The notes beneath the pieces are model-generated. The model saw only the letters and a list, made by a program, of their open reading frames with translations, did no database searches and was not told the origin of the DNA. A stretch of DNA of 64,000 nt from Candidatus Oxydemutatoraceae bacterium (GTDB lineage: Bacteria; Pseudomonadota; Gammaproteobacteria; Poriferisulfidales; Oxydemutatoraceae). The stretch lies in NCBI GenBank assembly GCA_965220085.1, contig CBDCOZ010000003.1, positions 1,120,001 to 1,184,000 of the forward strand. Reading direction: 5' to 3'. This document shows positions 51,425 through 60,425 of the stretch, piece after piece; the first letter of the stretch is position 1, and the number at the start of each line of letters is the position of its first letter. The position numbers were made by a program, and so were the translations under genes.

Positions 51425-53515
51425 ATGAAAAAATTACTTTTGGTCATCCTGTTGCTGGGAGCGGCATCAGTGTGGGCAAACCCCATGACTGTGCCCCAGG
51501 ATGTGTTAACCATAGCCCAAGCCAATGACCCCGAACCGGATCCTTTGCGTTTGCGTTTGCGCGTATTCTTGGAAGGCCCCTTGCGAGGCGGCTCGTCTTC
51601 GGCCGGGGATCCCCGAACGGGGTCGCGAAGTGATGCGCGCGCACTAGCGCTGGGAAGAAACGTATCAGGAACTATCCAACCGGGCATTACCCATTACTAC
51701 CGTTTTACGCTGTCTTCGCGCGCACTGGTTGGTATTGGAACCACCGGCATGACTGACACCATCCTGCGATTGGAAAACAATGCGGGCACAGTGTTAGCTG
51801 AGAGTGGTAATATTAATATCGGAGGCGCAAACATCAGAATTGTTCGCACTCTTGAACCAGGCACCTATTACATAGCCGTTGCGGGCGTTGCTCCTTCAAC
51901 AACGGGAAGTTACACTCTGGTTCCAACAGCATTATCAACAACCGGACTTCCCCCGAAATTGGGAACAAGAATCTCAGGGACTATCCAACCAGGCATTGTC
52001 GATGCCTACGAATTTACGCTGGATAGGCGCTCAGAGGTTATTCTTGAAACCACTAGCACAATTGACACAGCCGGAATATTGGCAGACGGTATGGGCACAG
52101 TGTTAGCTACGGCCGATGACATTGATCGTAGTGGCGGAAACCTAAATTTCAGAATTAATGAGATTCTTAACGCAGGCACTTATTACATATCCGTTAGGGG
52201 CTTTGCTCCTGACACAACAGGAAGTTACACTCTGCTTAGAACCACAATACCCGTACTAACATTCGGTCTCTCCGAAGAAGGGGATATCTCACCGGAAGGG
52301 GATGTCGATGAATGGTCATTTGCGCTATCTGAGCGCTCAGAGGTTACTATTGAAACCGTTGCCAGTACTCCTTACACATTCGGACGCTTGCTACGCAGTG
52401 ATGGCTCAGTGTTGGCTGATAGTGATGATTTCTCCTCTAATGCTTTTTCTGGCGGAGCCCGTGTTAACGGAAACAAGAATTTCAGCATTACTCAGACTCT
52501 TGAAGCAGGCTCTTATTACATGCGGGTTTCGGCTTGCTGGCAGCGATTCCGCGACGGAGATTGTGACCGGTCTATAGCACAAGGAAGTTACGCTTTGTTT
52601 GCGACCGCCATACCCGCACTAAGCTCGATAGACAGGGCAGAAGAGGCTATCTCACCGGCAGGGGATGTCGATAGATACCAATTTATTCTGTCTTCGCGCT
52701 CAGAGGTTGTTATTCAAACCACCGGCATGACTGACACATTCGGACGATTGGAAAACAGCATGGGCACAGAGTTGGCTACGAGTGATGATATTAGCAAGGA
52801 TGACGAAAATTTCAGAATTACTCGCACTCTTGAAGCAGGCACTTATTACATAGAAGTTAGCGGTCATGATTCTGACGAAACAGGAAGTTACATTGTGTTT
52901 ATAGACACAATACCCGCACTAACATTGGGAGAAAGCGCATCCGGGGATATCTCACCGACAGGGGATCGCGATCGCTACCAATTTGCCCTGTCTTCGCGCG
53001 CGGAGGTTACTTTTGAAACCACCGGCATGACTGACATAATTGGAACATTGTTTGACAGTCGCTTCAACGAGTTGGCTGAGGATGCTGATATTAGCGGCGA
53101 AAACCTAAATTTCAGAATTACTCAGACTCTTGCAGCAGGCACTTATTACATATGGGTTGAGGGTGAGCGCGGAGCAACAGGAACTTACACTCTGATTACA
53201 AAAGGAGAACTCGTGCTAATATTGGGAGAAAGCGTATCAGGGGTTATCTCCCCGGCAGGGGATGTCGATAGGTACCGATTTACGCTGTCTTCGCGCACAC
53301 AGGTTACTTTTGAAACCACCGGCTCAACTGACACATTCGGAAGGTTGTATGACAGTGAGGACACACAGTTGACTAGTAATGATGACAGTGGCCCAGGATA
53401 TAATTTCAGAATTGTTCGCACTCTTGCAGCGGGCACTTATTACATAACCGTTGAGGAACATGGTAATAACAGCACAGGAAGTTATACTTTGATTACGACC
53501 ACAGCAACACCGTGA
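51425..53515 (+). CDS. Secreted protein with N-terminal LRLRLRVFLEGPLR and six PPC-like beta-sandwich repeats
   Basis: Signal peptide; six ~100-aa repeats G.ISP.GD.D.Y.F...TD..G.L...NF.I...L.AGTYYI. Confidence 0.85.
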   Translation: MKKLLLVILLLGAASVWANPMTVPQDVLTIAQANDPEPDPLRLRLRVFLEGPLRGGSSSAGDPRTGSRSDARALALGRNVSGTIQPGITHYYRFTLSSRALVGIGTTGMTDTILRLENNAGTVLAESGNINIGGANIRIVRTLEPGTYYIAVAGVAPSTTGSYTLVPTALSTTGLPPKLGTRISGTIQPGIVDAYEFTLDRRSEVILETTSTIDTAGILADGMGTVLATADDIDRSGGNLNFRINEILNAGTYYISVRGFAPDTTGSYTLLRTTIPVLTFGLSEEGDISPEGDVDEWSFALSERSEVTIETVASTPYTFGRLLRSDGSVLADSDDFSSNAFSGGARVNGNKNFSITQTLEAGSYYMRVSACWQRFRDGDCDRSIAQGSYALFATAIPALSSIDRAEEAISPAGDVDRYQFILSSRSEVVIQTTGMTDTFGRLENSMGTELATSDDISKDDENFRITRTLEAGTYYIEVSGHDSDETGSYIVFIDTIPALTLGESASGDISPTGDRDRYQFALSSRAEVTFETTGMTDIIGTLFDSRFNELAEDADISGENLNFRITQTLAAGTYYIWVEGERGATGTYTLITKGELVLILGESVSGVISPAGDVDRYRFTLSSRTQVTFETTGSTDTFGRLYDSEDTQLTSNDDSGPGYNFRIVRTLAAGTYYITVEEHGNNSTGSYTLITTTATP

Positions 53516-53578
53516 TCGTATTACAGTAAATGTAGTCTTGTAACCGCCGGAGGCCTGAGGTGCAAAGTGCCAAAAGGG

Positions 53579-53749
53579 GTGACCAAAGGGCTGTCGCCGA
53601 AGGAAGTTTCAGAAGAGCGCTATGTCAGTATCCATGCCTTGCGTACCTAGTTGAAGAGCGCCTTCGCTGAGATGGGCGCACGGCGGCAATCGGATGTAGT
53701 GCACAGGGTCATGCAAGCGATTCCCTGCAATATTCTCACGCCGAATTGA
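53579..53749 (+). pseudogene. Second degenerate LuxR-type HTH remnant
   Basis: VTKGLSPKEVSEERYVSIHALRT*LKSAFAEMGARRQSDVVHRVMQA matches the 45333 protein, with an internal stop. Confidence 0.8.
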
Positions 53750-53832
53750 GATATTCCCTATTGTTTCTAGTCTTGGAGTTTGTCCGCTACAGTGTCGGCG
53801 GAGCCGAGGTATGTGTCAGGCAACCGGGAAAT

Positions 53833-53878
53833 ATACCCCATTTGGGTGATAGACGAGCATGCACAGAAGGTATAGCAT
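53833..53878 (+). promoter_or_regulatory. 18-bp box copy 5 with -10 hexamer
   Basis: ATACCCCATTTGGGTGAT-22 bp-TAGCAT upstream of haloperoxidase 2. Confidence 0.8.
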
Positions 53879-53972
53879 CAAAAGTATGGCTAAGCATATT
53901 AACGCTAAGCTTAGTTTTATGAGTGGTAGTTTAGAGTACTAAACTGTTATAGCAATTGAGAGGAGAGAAAAG

Positions 53973-55820
53973 ATGAACAGATTTAATCGGTTTCGCCGCA
54001 AAGAAGCTTTCGCAGTCAGAACAGATGCCGCAGAAATGGCATCATCGCGTCCGCATCCGAGACACATAGCTAATGACGATGAACATCGTTACCCATGTTA
54101 TCCGGCCAGCTTCACCAAAGGGATGCCACACGACTATGATACCGGGCTGATTAGTAACCCTCAGGTGTTTGTAGATTTCATAAAGGCAATTGATAGCGGA
54201 GACCCAAGGGACTTTAAAGATGTCGCATTGGGTCCCAGTGGCGGAAAGTGTAAGCGCTCCTATAAGGAATGTAAGTGTCATGTTACTGAGGAATGGGAAT
54301 CTAAGATAGCGCAGTGCCTGCCTAAGTGCGAAAGGAAAGGAAAAGAGGCAAAGGTTAGGGCATGGGAAAGCCAAAGTGCTGGAAATGCCTTTGACTTGGA
54401 GGGGCCAGATGCCCAATCAGTGACTATGCCTCCGGCACCCGCTCTCGACAGTGATGAGTTAGTTGCGGAAATGGCTGAGGTTTATGCTCAGGCTCTGCTA
54501 CGGGACTATTCTTTTGAGGATATAGATAATGTTATAGGTGGTGTTGCACCCCCACCCAATCCTTGTGCAAAGGGGGACAATGTGCCACCGATTAAGGAGG
54601 TAATTGACTGCTTAAAGGATTTGGAGTTTTATAACAAGGTATCGAAATGTTGCAAGAAAGGCGCGAATAATAGGAATAGATTCAGGGGGAATACCTATGG
54701 TGATGATGTGGGGCCTTATATTTCACAATTCCTGTTAATAGGTAACACGGGCCTTAATAGGTGTGACAAAGAACCTGACAGGGACCAAGATTCTGACAGG
54801 AGTGAGGCATCGGGGCGTATCGCTTTCGGAGCCTTGGACATTGATCAACGCGTACGTGTTGCCGAACCCTGTAAAGACTATATGACGACATGGAATGAAT
54901 GGTTTGACGTTCAGCAAGGGGCGGATGTGAGAGGCCAAGAGGATTATGCTAATAAACCGCCGCGCAGATTTATTGCCACCCCACGAGACTTGGCAACCTA
55001 TGTGCATTATGACGCTCTATATCAGGCGTACTTGAATGCATGTTTAATTATGCTGGGCTCAGGAGTTCCTTTTGATCCGGGCATCCCATTTCAGGAAGAA
55101 GACTGCATTGATCACCAGCAGGGGTTTGCCCTGTTCGGCCCGCCACATATATTGACTTTGGTTACCGAAGTGGCTACTCGTGCTCTGAAAGCTGTGCGTT
55201 TCCAGAAATTTAATGTTCACCGCAGAATGCGACCGGAAGTTTTGGCAGCAAGGTTACACAATAGCGATGCAGTAGATAAAAAATTAGAACGACAATTAGA
55301 ACGAAAATCAGTAGAGAAAGTTACATTATTCGGCGATATGGCTGAGGAACCAGGACTGAAGTGTATCCTCGGATTAATCAATGGGAAGAACGGGGGTGCG
55401 CCAGGAGGAGCAAATTACCTATTGCCAATGGCCTACCCGGAAGGTTCTCCCATGCACCCGTCTTACGGTGCGGGGCATGCCACTGTGGCAGGAGCATGTG
55501 TCACCATCCTCAAAGCTTTCTTTGATACCAAGGCTGTTATACCGCAGGCATACATACCCAATCCTGCAGCTGGTTATACGACTTTAATACCAGACCCTAA
55601 AAATCCTTTGTTGACCGTTGAAGGGGAGCTTAACAAACTTGCTTCAAATATTTCCATTGGGCGCAACTGGGCAGGTGTTCACTTTTATAGTGATTACATT
55701 GAGTCAATCAGGTTGGGAGAACAAATTGCGATTGGTATCCTTGAGGAACAAAAGCTGACATACCATGAAAATTTCTCAATGACAGTTCCTCTATTTGATG
55801 GTGGCGCTATCAGGATATAA
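53973..55820 (+). CDS. Vanadium-dependent haloperoxidase 2
   Basis: QKFNVHRRMRPE, GSPMHPSYGAGHA, GRNWAGVHFYSD. Confidence 0.92.
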   Translation: MNRFNRFRRKEAFAVRTDAAEMASSRPHPRHIANDDEHRYPCYPASFTKGMPHDYDTGLISNPQVFVDFIKAIDSGDPRDFKDVALGPSGGKCKRSYKECKCHVTEEWESKIAQCLPKCERKGKEAKVRAWESQSAGNAFDLEGPDAQSVTMPPAPALDSDELVAEMAEVYAQALLRDYSFEDIDNVIGGVAPPPNPCAKGDNVPPIKEVIDCLKDLEFYNKVSKCCKKGANNRNRFRGNTYGDDVGPYISQFLLIGNTGLNRCDKEPDRDQDSDRSEASGRIAFGALDIDQRVRVAEPCKDYMTTWNEWFDVQQGADVRGQEDYANKPPRRFIATPRDLATYVHYDALYQAYLNACLIMLGSGVPFDPGIPFQEEDCIDHQQGFALFGPPHILTLVTEVATRALKAVRFQKFNVHRRMRPEVLAARLHNSDAVDKKLERQLERKSVEKVTLFGDMAEEPGLKCILGLINGKNGGAPGGANYLLPMAYPEGSPMHPSYGAGHATVAGACVTILKAFFDTKAVIPQAYIPNPAAGYTTLIPDPKNPLLTVEGELNKLASNISIGRNWAGVHFYSDYIESIRLGEQIAIGILEEQKLTYHENFSMTVPLFDGGAIRI

Positions 55821-55826
55821 GATTAA

Positions 55827-56795
55827 ATGCCGACTGAAAAAATGTTCAATCATAAAAAGAGAAGCGGGTTCTTCAGGTGCACACTGTTAGTTTTCGTAGT
55901 GGGCCTACAAGGCGGGTGCGCCTCATGGATTGGTAGTGACGAAGCTAATTTAGCGAAAGATGGTCCTGAACCAATATTTGATTCAGAGTCACTAGAGACC
56001 TACAAAGAAGATCAGAATAAGGCATACGATACCTTTGAGGAAATAGTTAGGAAGAGGGGTAATGCTAACCCTAGTGCTGACGATGTTATTTCAGCAGGGA
56101 TGCAGTACGCAGATGCTAGATGTTCTGAATATCTAGAGTCACTGTACTGGGTTGATAAACAACTAAAAGCTGACATAAAGGATGCTAATGCGGCAGGGAC
56201 ATTAGCCTCGGGTGTGCTGGGTGCCACGAAAGCGGCAGCTAAGGAAATAGCAAGTGTCGCAGTTTTGTTTGGATACCGTGAGGATGTTCTTAATAATGCC
56301 GGAAGTAGAGTGCTATTTGATCTTGATCCATCTACTATTCAATCACTGGTTGAACGTAGCCAAAAAGTATTTAGGGAGCGGTTGAAATCTGGGTATAAAA
56401 AAGCGGACGCTCTCTCAGTTATCAGAGAGTATGATACCCTTTGCTCATCCTCAAGGATAGAAGCAGAGGTTAATGACACTATGAAGAAGGTTGATCTAGT
56501 GGCAACAGAAGGAGATGTCGAGAAAGGTGAACCGCCCAAGGTTTCAGTCGATGACCCTAGAATCCACACCTATGGCTCTGATATTAATAGCTTGTTACTT
56601 GAATCGTATGCGTTCCCTGGAAACGAGAAGAACGATGCCGCGCATAAAGCATTGAAAGAGTGGATGGAAAAAGAAGGCATCGATATTCCAGTCGCGGTTT
56701 TTTTGATGTCTAGCGAACACAAGCCCAAATGGGAAAAAGCAGTTGACTACCTGTACAAACACGGTAATCCAAAATTGAAGGTGATTCCAAATTGA
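55827..56795 (+). CDS. Hypothetical lipoprotein
   Basis: Hydrophobic leader with GGC; 6 bp after haloperoxidase 2. Confidence 0.7.
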   Translation: MPTEKMFNHKKRSGFFRCTLLVFVVGLQGGCASWIGSDEANLAKDGPEPIFDSESLETYKEDQNKAYDTFEEIVRKRGNANPSADDVISAGMQYADARCSEYLESLYWVDKQLKADIKDANAAGTLASGVLGATKAAAKEIASVAVLFGYREDVLNNAGSRVLFDLDPSTIQSLVERSQKVFRERLKSGYKKADALSVIREYDTLCSSSRIEAEVNDTMKKVDLVATEGDVEKGEPPKVSVDDPRIHTYGSDINSLLLESYAFPGNEKNDAAHKALKEWMEKEGIDIPVAVFLMSSEHKPKWEKAVDYLYKHGNPKLKVIPN

Positions 56796-56811
56796 AATAG
56801 GAGGTGAAGAT

Positions 56812-56955
56812 ATGCCTAGTCATGAAATTAAAAATGTGCCTGAGTCGAAATTAATTGGGGGGATAAAAAACCTGCTTCAAGACGGCGCAATTGAAGTCTG
56901 TGTTAGGAAGCAATCTGACGGCACTTACACCATTAAGGCAGCATATCCTAGTTAA
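56812..56955 (+). CDS. 47-aa small protein (paralog of 42556)
   Basis: AGGAGGT RBS; MPSHEIKNVPESKLIGGIKNLLQDGAIEVCVRKQSDGTYTIKAAYPS. Confidence 0.7.
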   Translation: MPSHEIKNVPESKLIGGIKNLLQDGAIEVCVRKQSDGTYTIKAAYPS

Positions 56956-57112
56956 GTTTGCATAATAAGGGTGCTGTGCCCGAAGCGATAAGTTTATCGT
57001 GATGGAGGCGCTATCGCTGGGTTGTGCCTCCCGCATGATTGATACGCTGCCGAAGTCGTACTCCCCGGATCATGCCCGTGGACATGCTTTTTAAGTTTGT
57101 TATACGGAGGAA

Positions 57113-57308
57113 TGCCCGACGCTCACTGATGAAGAAATACGAAGGGTAAAGAATCCTAAGAGATACGGGGAGCTGTCCTGAAAGTGTTGTTCATAAGGGT
57201 GAGCATTACGCAATAGTTGAGATGAAATGGGATGGAAATCCCTGTTACGGTATCCATTGGTTTAACACTATTAAGGAATAGTTACCCACATTCACATGGT
57301 GATTCAAC
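57113..57308 (+). pseudogene. Frameshifted copy of the 59642 hypothetical gene
   Basis: HYAIVEMKW, GIHWF, YPHSHGDS fragments match 59642-60040. Confidence 0.7.
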
Positions 57309-57317
57309 TTTCTAAAA

Positions 57318-57685
57318 TAGATCGGGTTAACTTGCGTATAAGGTTATCTGACCTTAAAGAGAAGTTTAGAAAGTATCGTAAAGACAAGGATGATGATAGA
57401 TCTGATTTAGTGGCCTCCTTTAAACTTCTGTGGGCGGATATTGAACCCTCTATACTGCAACATCGATTGCCTAATAATCAAGCGGCGATTGAACCTCCGG
57501 CTTTTACGCGACGAGAATTAGAGGAGGTTGCCATTGAATTAGAGAGGCAGATGGTCAAGACCTGTACCCCCCCTGGTGCCGGTACTAATCTGTACAATTG
57601 GTTTGCCTCTATGGAGCCGCATACCATCGAAACTGGTATAGTTACTCGTATAAACAGCCAATCGTGCCGTAATGCGCCTTCCTAA
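57318..57685 (+). pseudogene. Duplicated C-terminal fragment of the 49437 lipoprotein
   Basis: IDRVNL...LSDLKEKFRKYRKD...FTRRELEEVAIELERQMVKTCTP near-identical. Confidence 0.85.
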
Positions 57686-57789
57686 ATAGGTTTGTCTGGC
57701 ACAGGTTGTGCGCTACAAGAATGCAACAGGGGAATTGCGAGGATGATGCCGATAATGCTCGTTAATTCCCCGGTTGGTCCCAGTCAATA

Positions 57790-57906
57790 ATCGTCGGATA
57801 GATTATCTGCTATGGTTTAACACCCAACGACCACACTACGGACTAAAGCTTCGGGTGCTCATGACCCACAACATTTGCCCATGTCCGACATGTCTTGGCA
57901 TCCTAC
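57790..57906 (+). mobile_element. IS481-like transposase 3' remnant with right end
   Basis: DYLLWFNTQRPHYGL and terminal TGTCCGACATGTCTTGGCATCCTACA. Confidence 0.5.
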
Positions 57907-57987
57907 ATATTCTTTATGCTCTCTGGCGTTGGAATTTGCCGGCGACAGTATCGGCGGATGCCGATATGTGTCAAGCAACCGGGAAAT

Positions 57988-58033
57988 ATACCCCATTTGG
58001 GTGATGTCTGACATGCGGAGAAGGATATATCAT
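57988..58033 (+). promoter_or_regulatory. 18-bp box copy 6 with -10 hexamer
   Basis: ATACCCCATTTGGGTGAT-22 bp-TATCAT upstream of TraT-like copy 2. Confidence 0.8.
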
Positions 58034-58119
58034 AAAAAGATAACATATAGAAAAATCTATATATCAGAGAATGTAATGAATTTAACTAAAAGGAGGTAAA
58101 GACAGTATATTCTTTCAAA

Positions 58120-59058
58120 ATGCTCACTTATAAAAATATCAAGAGTATTTTTCTGACATTAATCGTGTGTGCTTTGTTGGCCGGCTGTGCCAGCGAGCCC
58201 CGCTATTCACAAGCGGCGATGCAGAAACGAACCGCGACAGGCGTTGCCATAAAACCCAGCGAGACCGGGCGCGCAATGACCCCGTCTGTGGAATATATCC
58301 GCGTAAAAATGGAAAGGAGCATCTTCCTAGACCCGCCGGAAGGCAATGCGAATACCTACGTGCGTGTTCGTGACACTTCCGGACGGAACTGGGGGATCGA
58401 ATTGGAAAAAGTGGTAGCGCAAGAGCTGAACAGACGAGGGTTTAGGGCGGTAAAAGATGCCACGAACGCGGCTTATGCCATCAATGTCAATGTGCTGTTT
58501 GTGGATGAAGCATCGGCAGCTGAGATTGCCCAACTGGATGAGACGGAGTATGGCCAAAGCCTCTCCGGACTGGTTGGTTCCACCCTAGTCGGCGCCGTTG
58601 CCGGCGGCGTCGGGGGAGGGATGATCGACGACGGAGGCCTTGGCGGTGTGGCCGTAGGCACCGTAGTAGGAGCGGCCGCCGGCGGACTGGCGAATACGCT
58701 CTACAGTGACAGTCGAGACGAACTGATCAAAGCACAACAGGAAACAAAGTTCTTTTCTGTGGTAGCCGACATCGAGGTACGCGAGAGAATCAAGAGCGGC
58801 ATCATCAAGCGAACGCACAAGACTGCCCGGCAAACGAAAAAGAAAGCCGGGTCCAGCGGTGACCTTGTCGATAACAGAGATTCCGGAGGACAAACAGTAA
58901 CACAGGCGAGCACGGAAGTCGCCGAGGGGGAGACGAGCAACTGGAAGCGACACCAAACCCGAATGACCGGCAAGGCAAAAGGCAAGCTGGTTGTCTTCGA
59001 AGATGTTCAAGGTGACTTTGCCATGAAGATGGCAAGATCATTAGCGGGGTTAATCTAA
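58120..59058 (+). CDS. TraT-like outer membrane lipoprotein, copy 2
   Basis: Close paralog of 27892-28833. Confidence 0.75.
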   Translation: MLTYKNIKSIFLTLIVCALLAGCASEPRYSQAAMQKRTATGVAIKPSETGRAMTPSVEYIRVKMERSIFLDPPEGNANTYVRVRDTSGRNWGIELEKVVAQELNRRGFRAVKDATNAAYAINVNVLFVDEASAAEIAQLDETEYGQSLSGLVGSTLVGAVAGGVGGGMIDDGGLGGVAVGTVVGAAAGGLANTLYSDSRDELIKAQQETKFFSVVADIEVRERIKSGIIKRTHKTARQTKKKAGSSGDLVDNRDSGGQTVTQASTEVAEGETSNWKRHQTRMTGKAKGKLVVFEDVQGDFAMKMARSLAGLI

Positions 59059-59059
59059 G

Positions 59060-59497
59060 ATGAAAAATCATACAAAAAATTCTCTTGCGCTGTTGTGCGC
59101 AGTCTCGATCTTCGTCTGTGTCGGTTGCAGCGCTCAGGCTTACAAGCAGATATCATGGACACATCCCTCCGGCAACGATTGGGATATAGACTCTGCTATT
59201 TGCTTGCAACATTCGGGTACGCTGACCGCAGCCGATCAAGCGGAGATAAAAAGGATTGAAGCATCCGCAAAAAGCGACAAGCAATCCGCGCAGGTCATGG
59301 CGGATACTTACCAGATTGGCGAAACTATGCAGTCATTGCAAGGTGTGCCGGTTGATGAAGATTTGGGCTTAGCTATGGATGTTGTGACCGGAGCGCTTTC
59401 TTTTGTGGCGTCTGCTGAGGAACAAACTGCCACAGAAGTAGTCAAGAAAAATAAGTTTGCTGCCTGTATGAGAAACAGAGGGTGGAGTGAAATTTAA
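59060..59497 (+). CDS. Hypothetical lipoprotein partner, copy 2
   Basis: Close paralog of 28845-29267. Confidence 0.75.
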   Translation: MKNHTKNSLALLCAVSIFVCVGCSAQAYKQISWTHPSGNDWDIDSAICLQHSGTLTAADQAEIKRIEASAKSDKQSAQVMADTYQIGETMQSLQGVPVDEDLGLAMDVVTGALSFVASAEEQTATEVVKKNKFAACMRNRGWSEI

Positions 59498-59576
59498 GTC
59501 GTGTAAGCAGCGGCTGACAAAGTTGCCGGTAAAAAGCTTAAAGCGTAAGCTTGTACTGTCGGACAGACTAACTTGC

Positions 59577-59607
59577 AACCGCCGCGCTTCGGTGCGGCGG
59601 TTTTTTT
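59577..59607 (+). terminator. Intrinsic terminator
   Basis: AACCGCCGCGC-TTCG-GTGCGGCGGTT plus T-run. Confidence 0.85.
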
Positions 59608-59641
59608 AACTGCAATCATTTTGTTATGAGGAGGATATCCA

Positions 59642-60040
59642 ATGTCTGCTGATAAGCTTACTCGCGAAGAGATATTAAGTGTAAGTAACCCTGTTAAGAA
59701 TGGGGGAAACTGCCCAGATCATTTCGTTTATACTGACGGCTACAATTACGCAATAGTTGCTATGAAATGGAGAAAAGATGAGGATAGCTCTTATGATTAT
59801 TGCTTGGGTATCCGTTGGTTTCGCCCCTTAAAGAATGGCTATCCATATTCACATGGTGATTCAAAAGAAGGGCGGTGGTTTGTTTTGCCAGATGCGCCAG
59901 ATACATTGAATAGGTGTATTCTGGAATTTGTGAAAAAAGAAAAACGTCGCCACCCTAATGAAAAAAGTCGCTTCCCTACTGATGAAGAATTAAGTGAGAT
60001 AGAACAGTTTCTCTTTTCTAAGAACTCTTGCAAAGAGTGA
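59642..60040 (+). CDS. Hypothetical protein
   Basis: GAGGAGG RBS; 132 aa; degenerate copy at 57113. Confidence 0.7.
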   Translation: MSADKLTREEILSVSNPVKNGGNCPDHFVYTDGYNYAIVAMKWRKDEDSSYDYCLGIRWFRPLKNGYPYSHGDSKEGRWFVLPDAPDTLNRCILEFVKKEKRRHPNEKSRFPTDEELSEIEQFLFSKNSCKE

Positions 60041-60245
60041 AGCGGATAGGTTTGGTGTAAAGCGGTAGGTTTTGCGCCGGCTGATTCAGATCCCGTGAAA
60101 GCCGCTACCCCTTTTGTTACCTTCAAAATCTGTTCGTAATTTGTGCGGCGGTTTTCTTGACCTTCATATTCTTTGCTGATACCTTTGCAAAGGCTTTATA
60201 ATAGCCGGAGCAAATCTCATTAACCGACTTAAGGGGTACAAATAC

Positions 60246-60407
60246 ATGAAAAAAGAACGAGACGACGGGTTCCATGTGGACGACCTCGGGAATATAACTC
60301 GCAGTGTGGAAAGCTTATTAAATGATCCCGAGGTTATCAAGGACATGGAAAGAACCGGCAAGATTGTTCAAGAACATATAGAAAGACGCAAAAGGGAAAG
60401 TCGATAA
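60246..60407 (+). CDS. 53-aa hypothetical protein
   Basis: AAGGGG RBS-like; MKKERDDGFHVDDLGNITRSVESLLNDPEV...; directly precedes a membrane protein gene. Confidence 0.45.
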   Translation: MKKERDDGFHVDDLGNITRSVESLLNDPEVIKDMERTGKIVQEHIERRKRESR

Positions 60408-60425
60408 TCTGCGATAGCTTCTCGG

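Noticed and set aside
45191-58050. Integron attC sites or CRISPR repeats as explanation of the recurring boxes
   Set aside because: No RYYYAAC/GTTRRRY ends, no intI, kb-scale irregular spacing; the fixed distance to -10 hexamers fits promoters better
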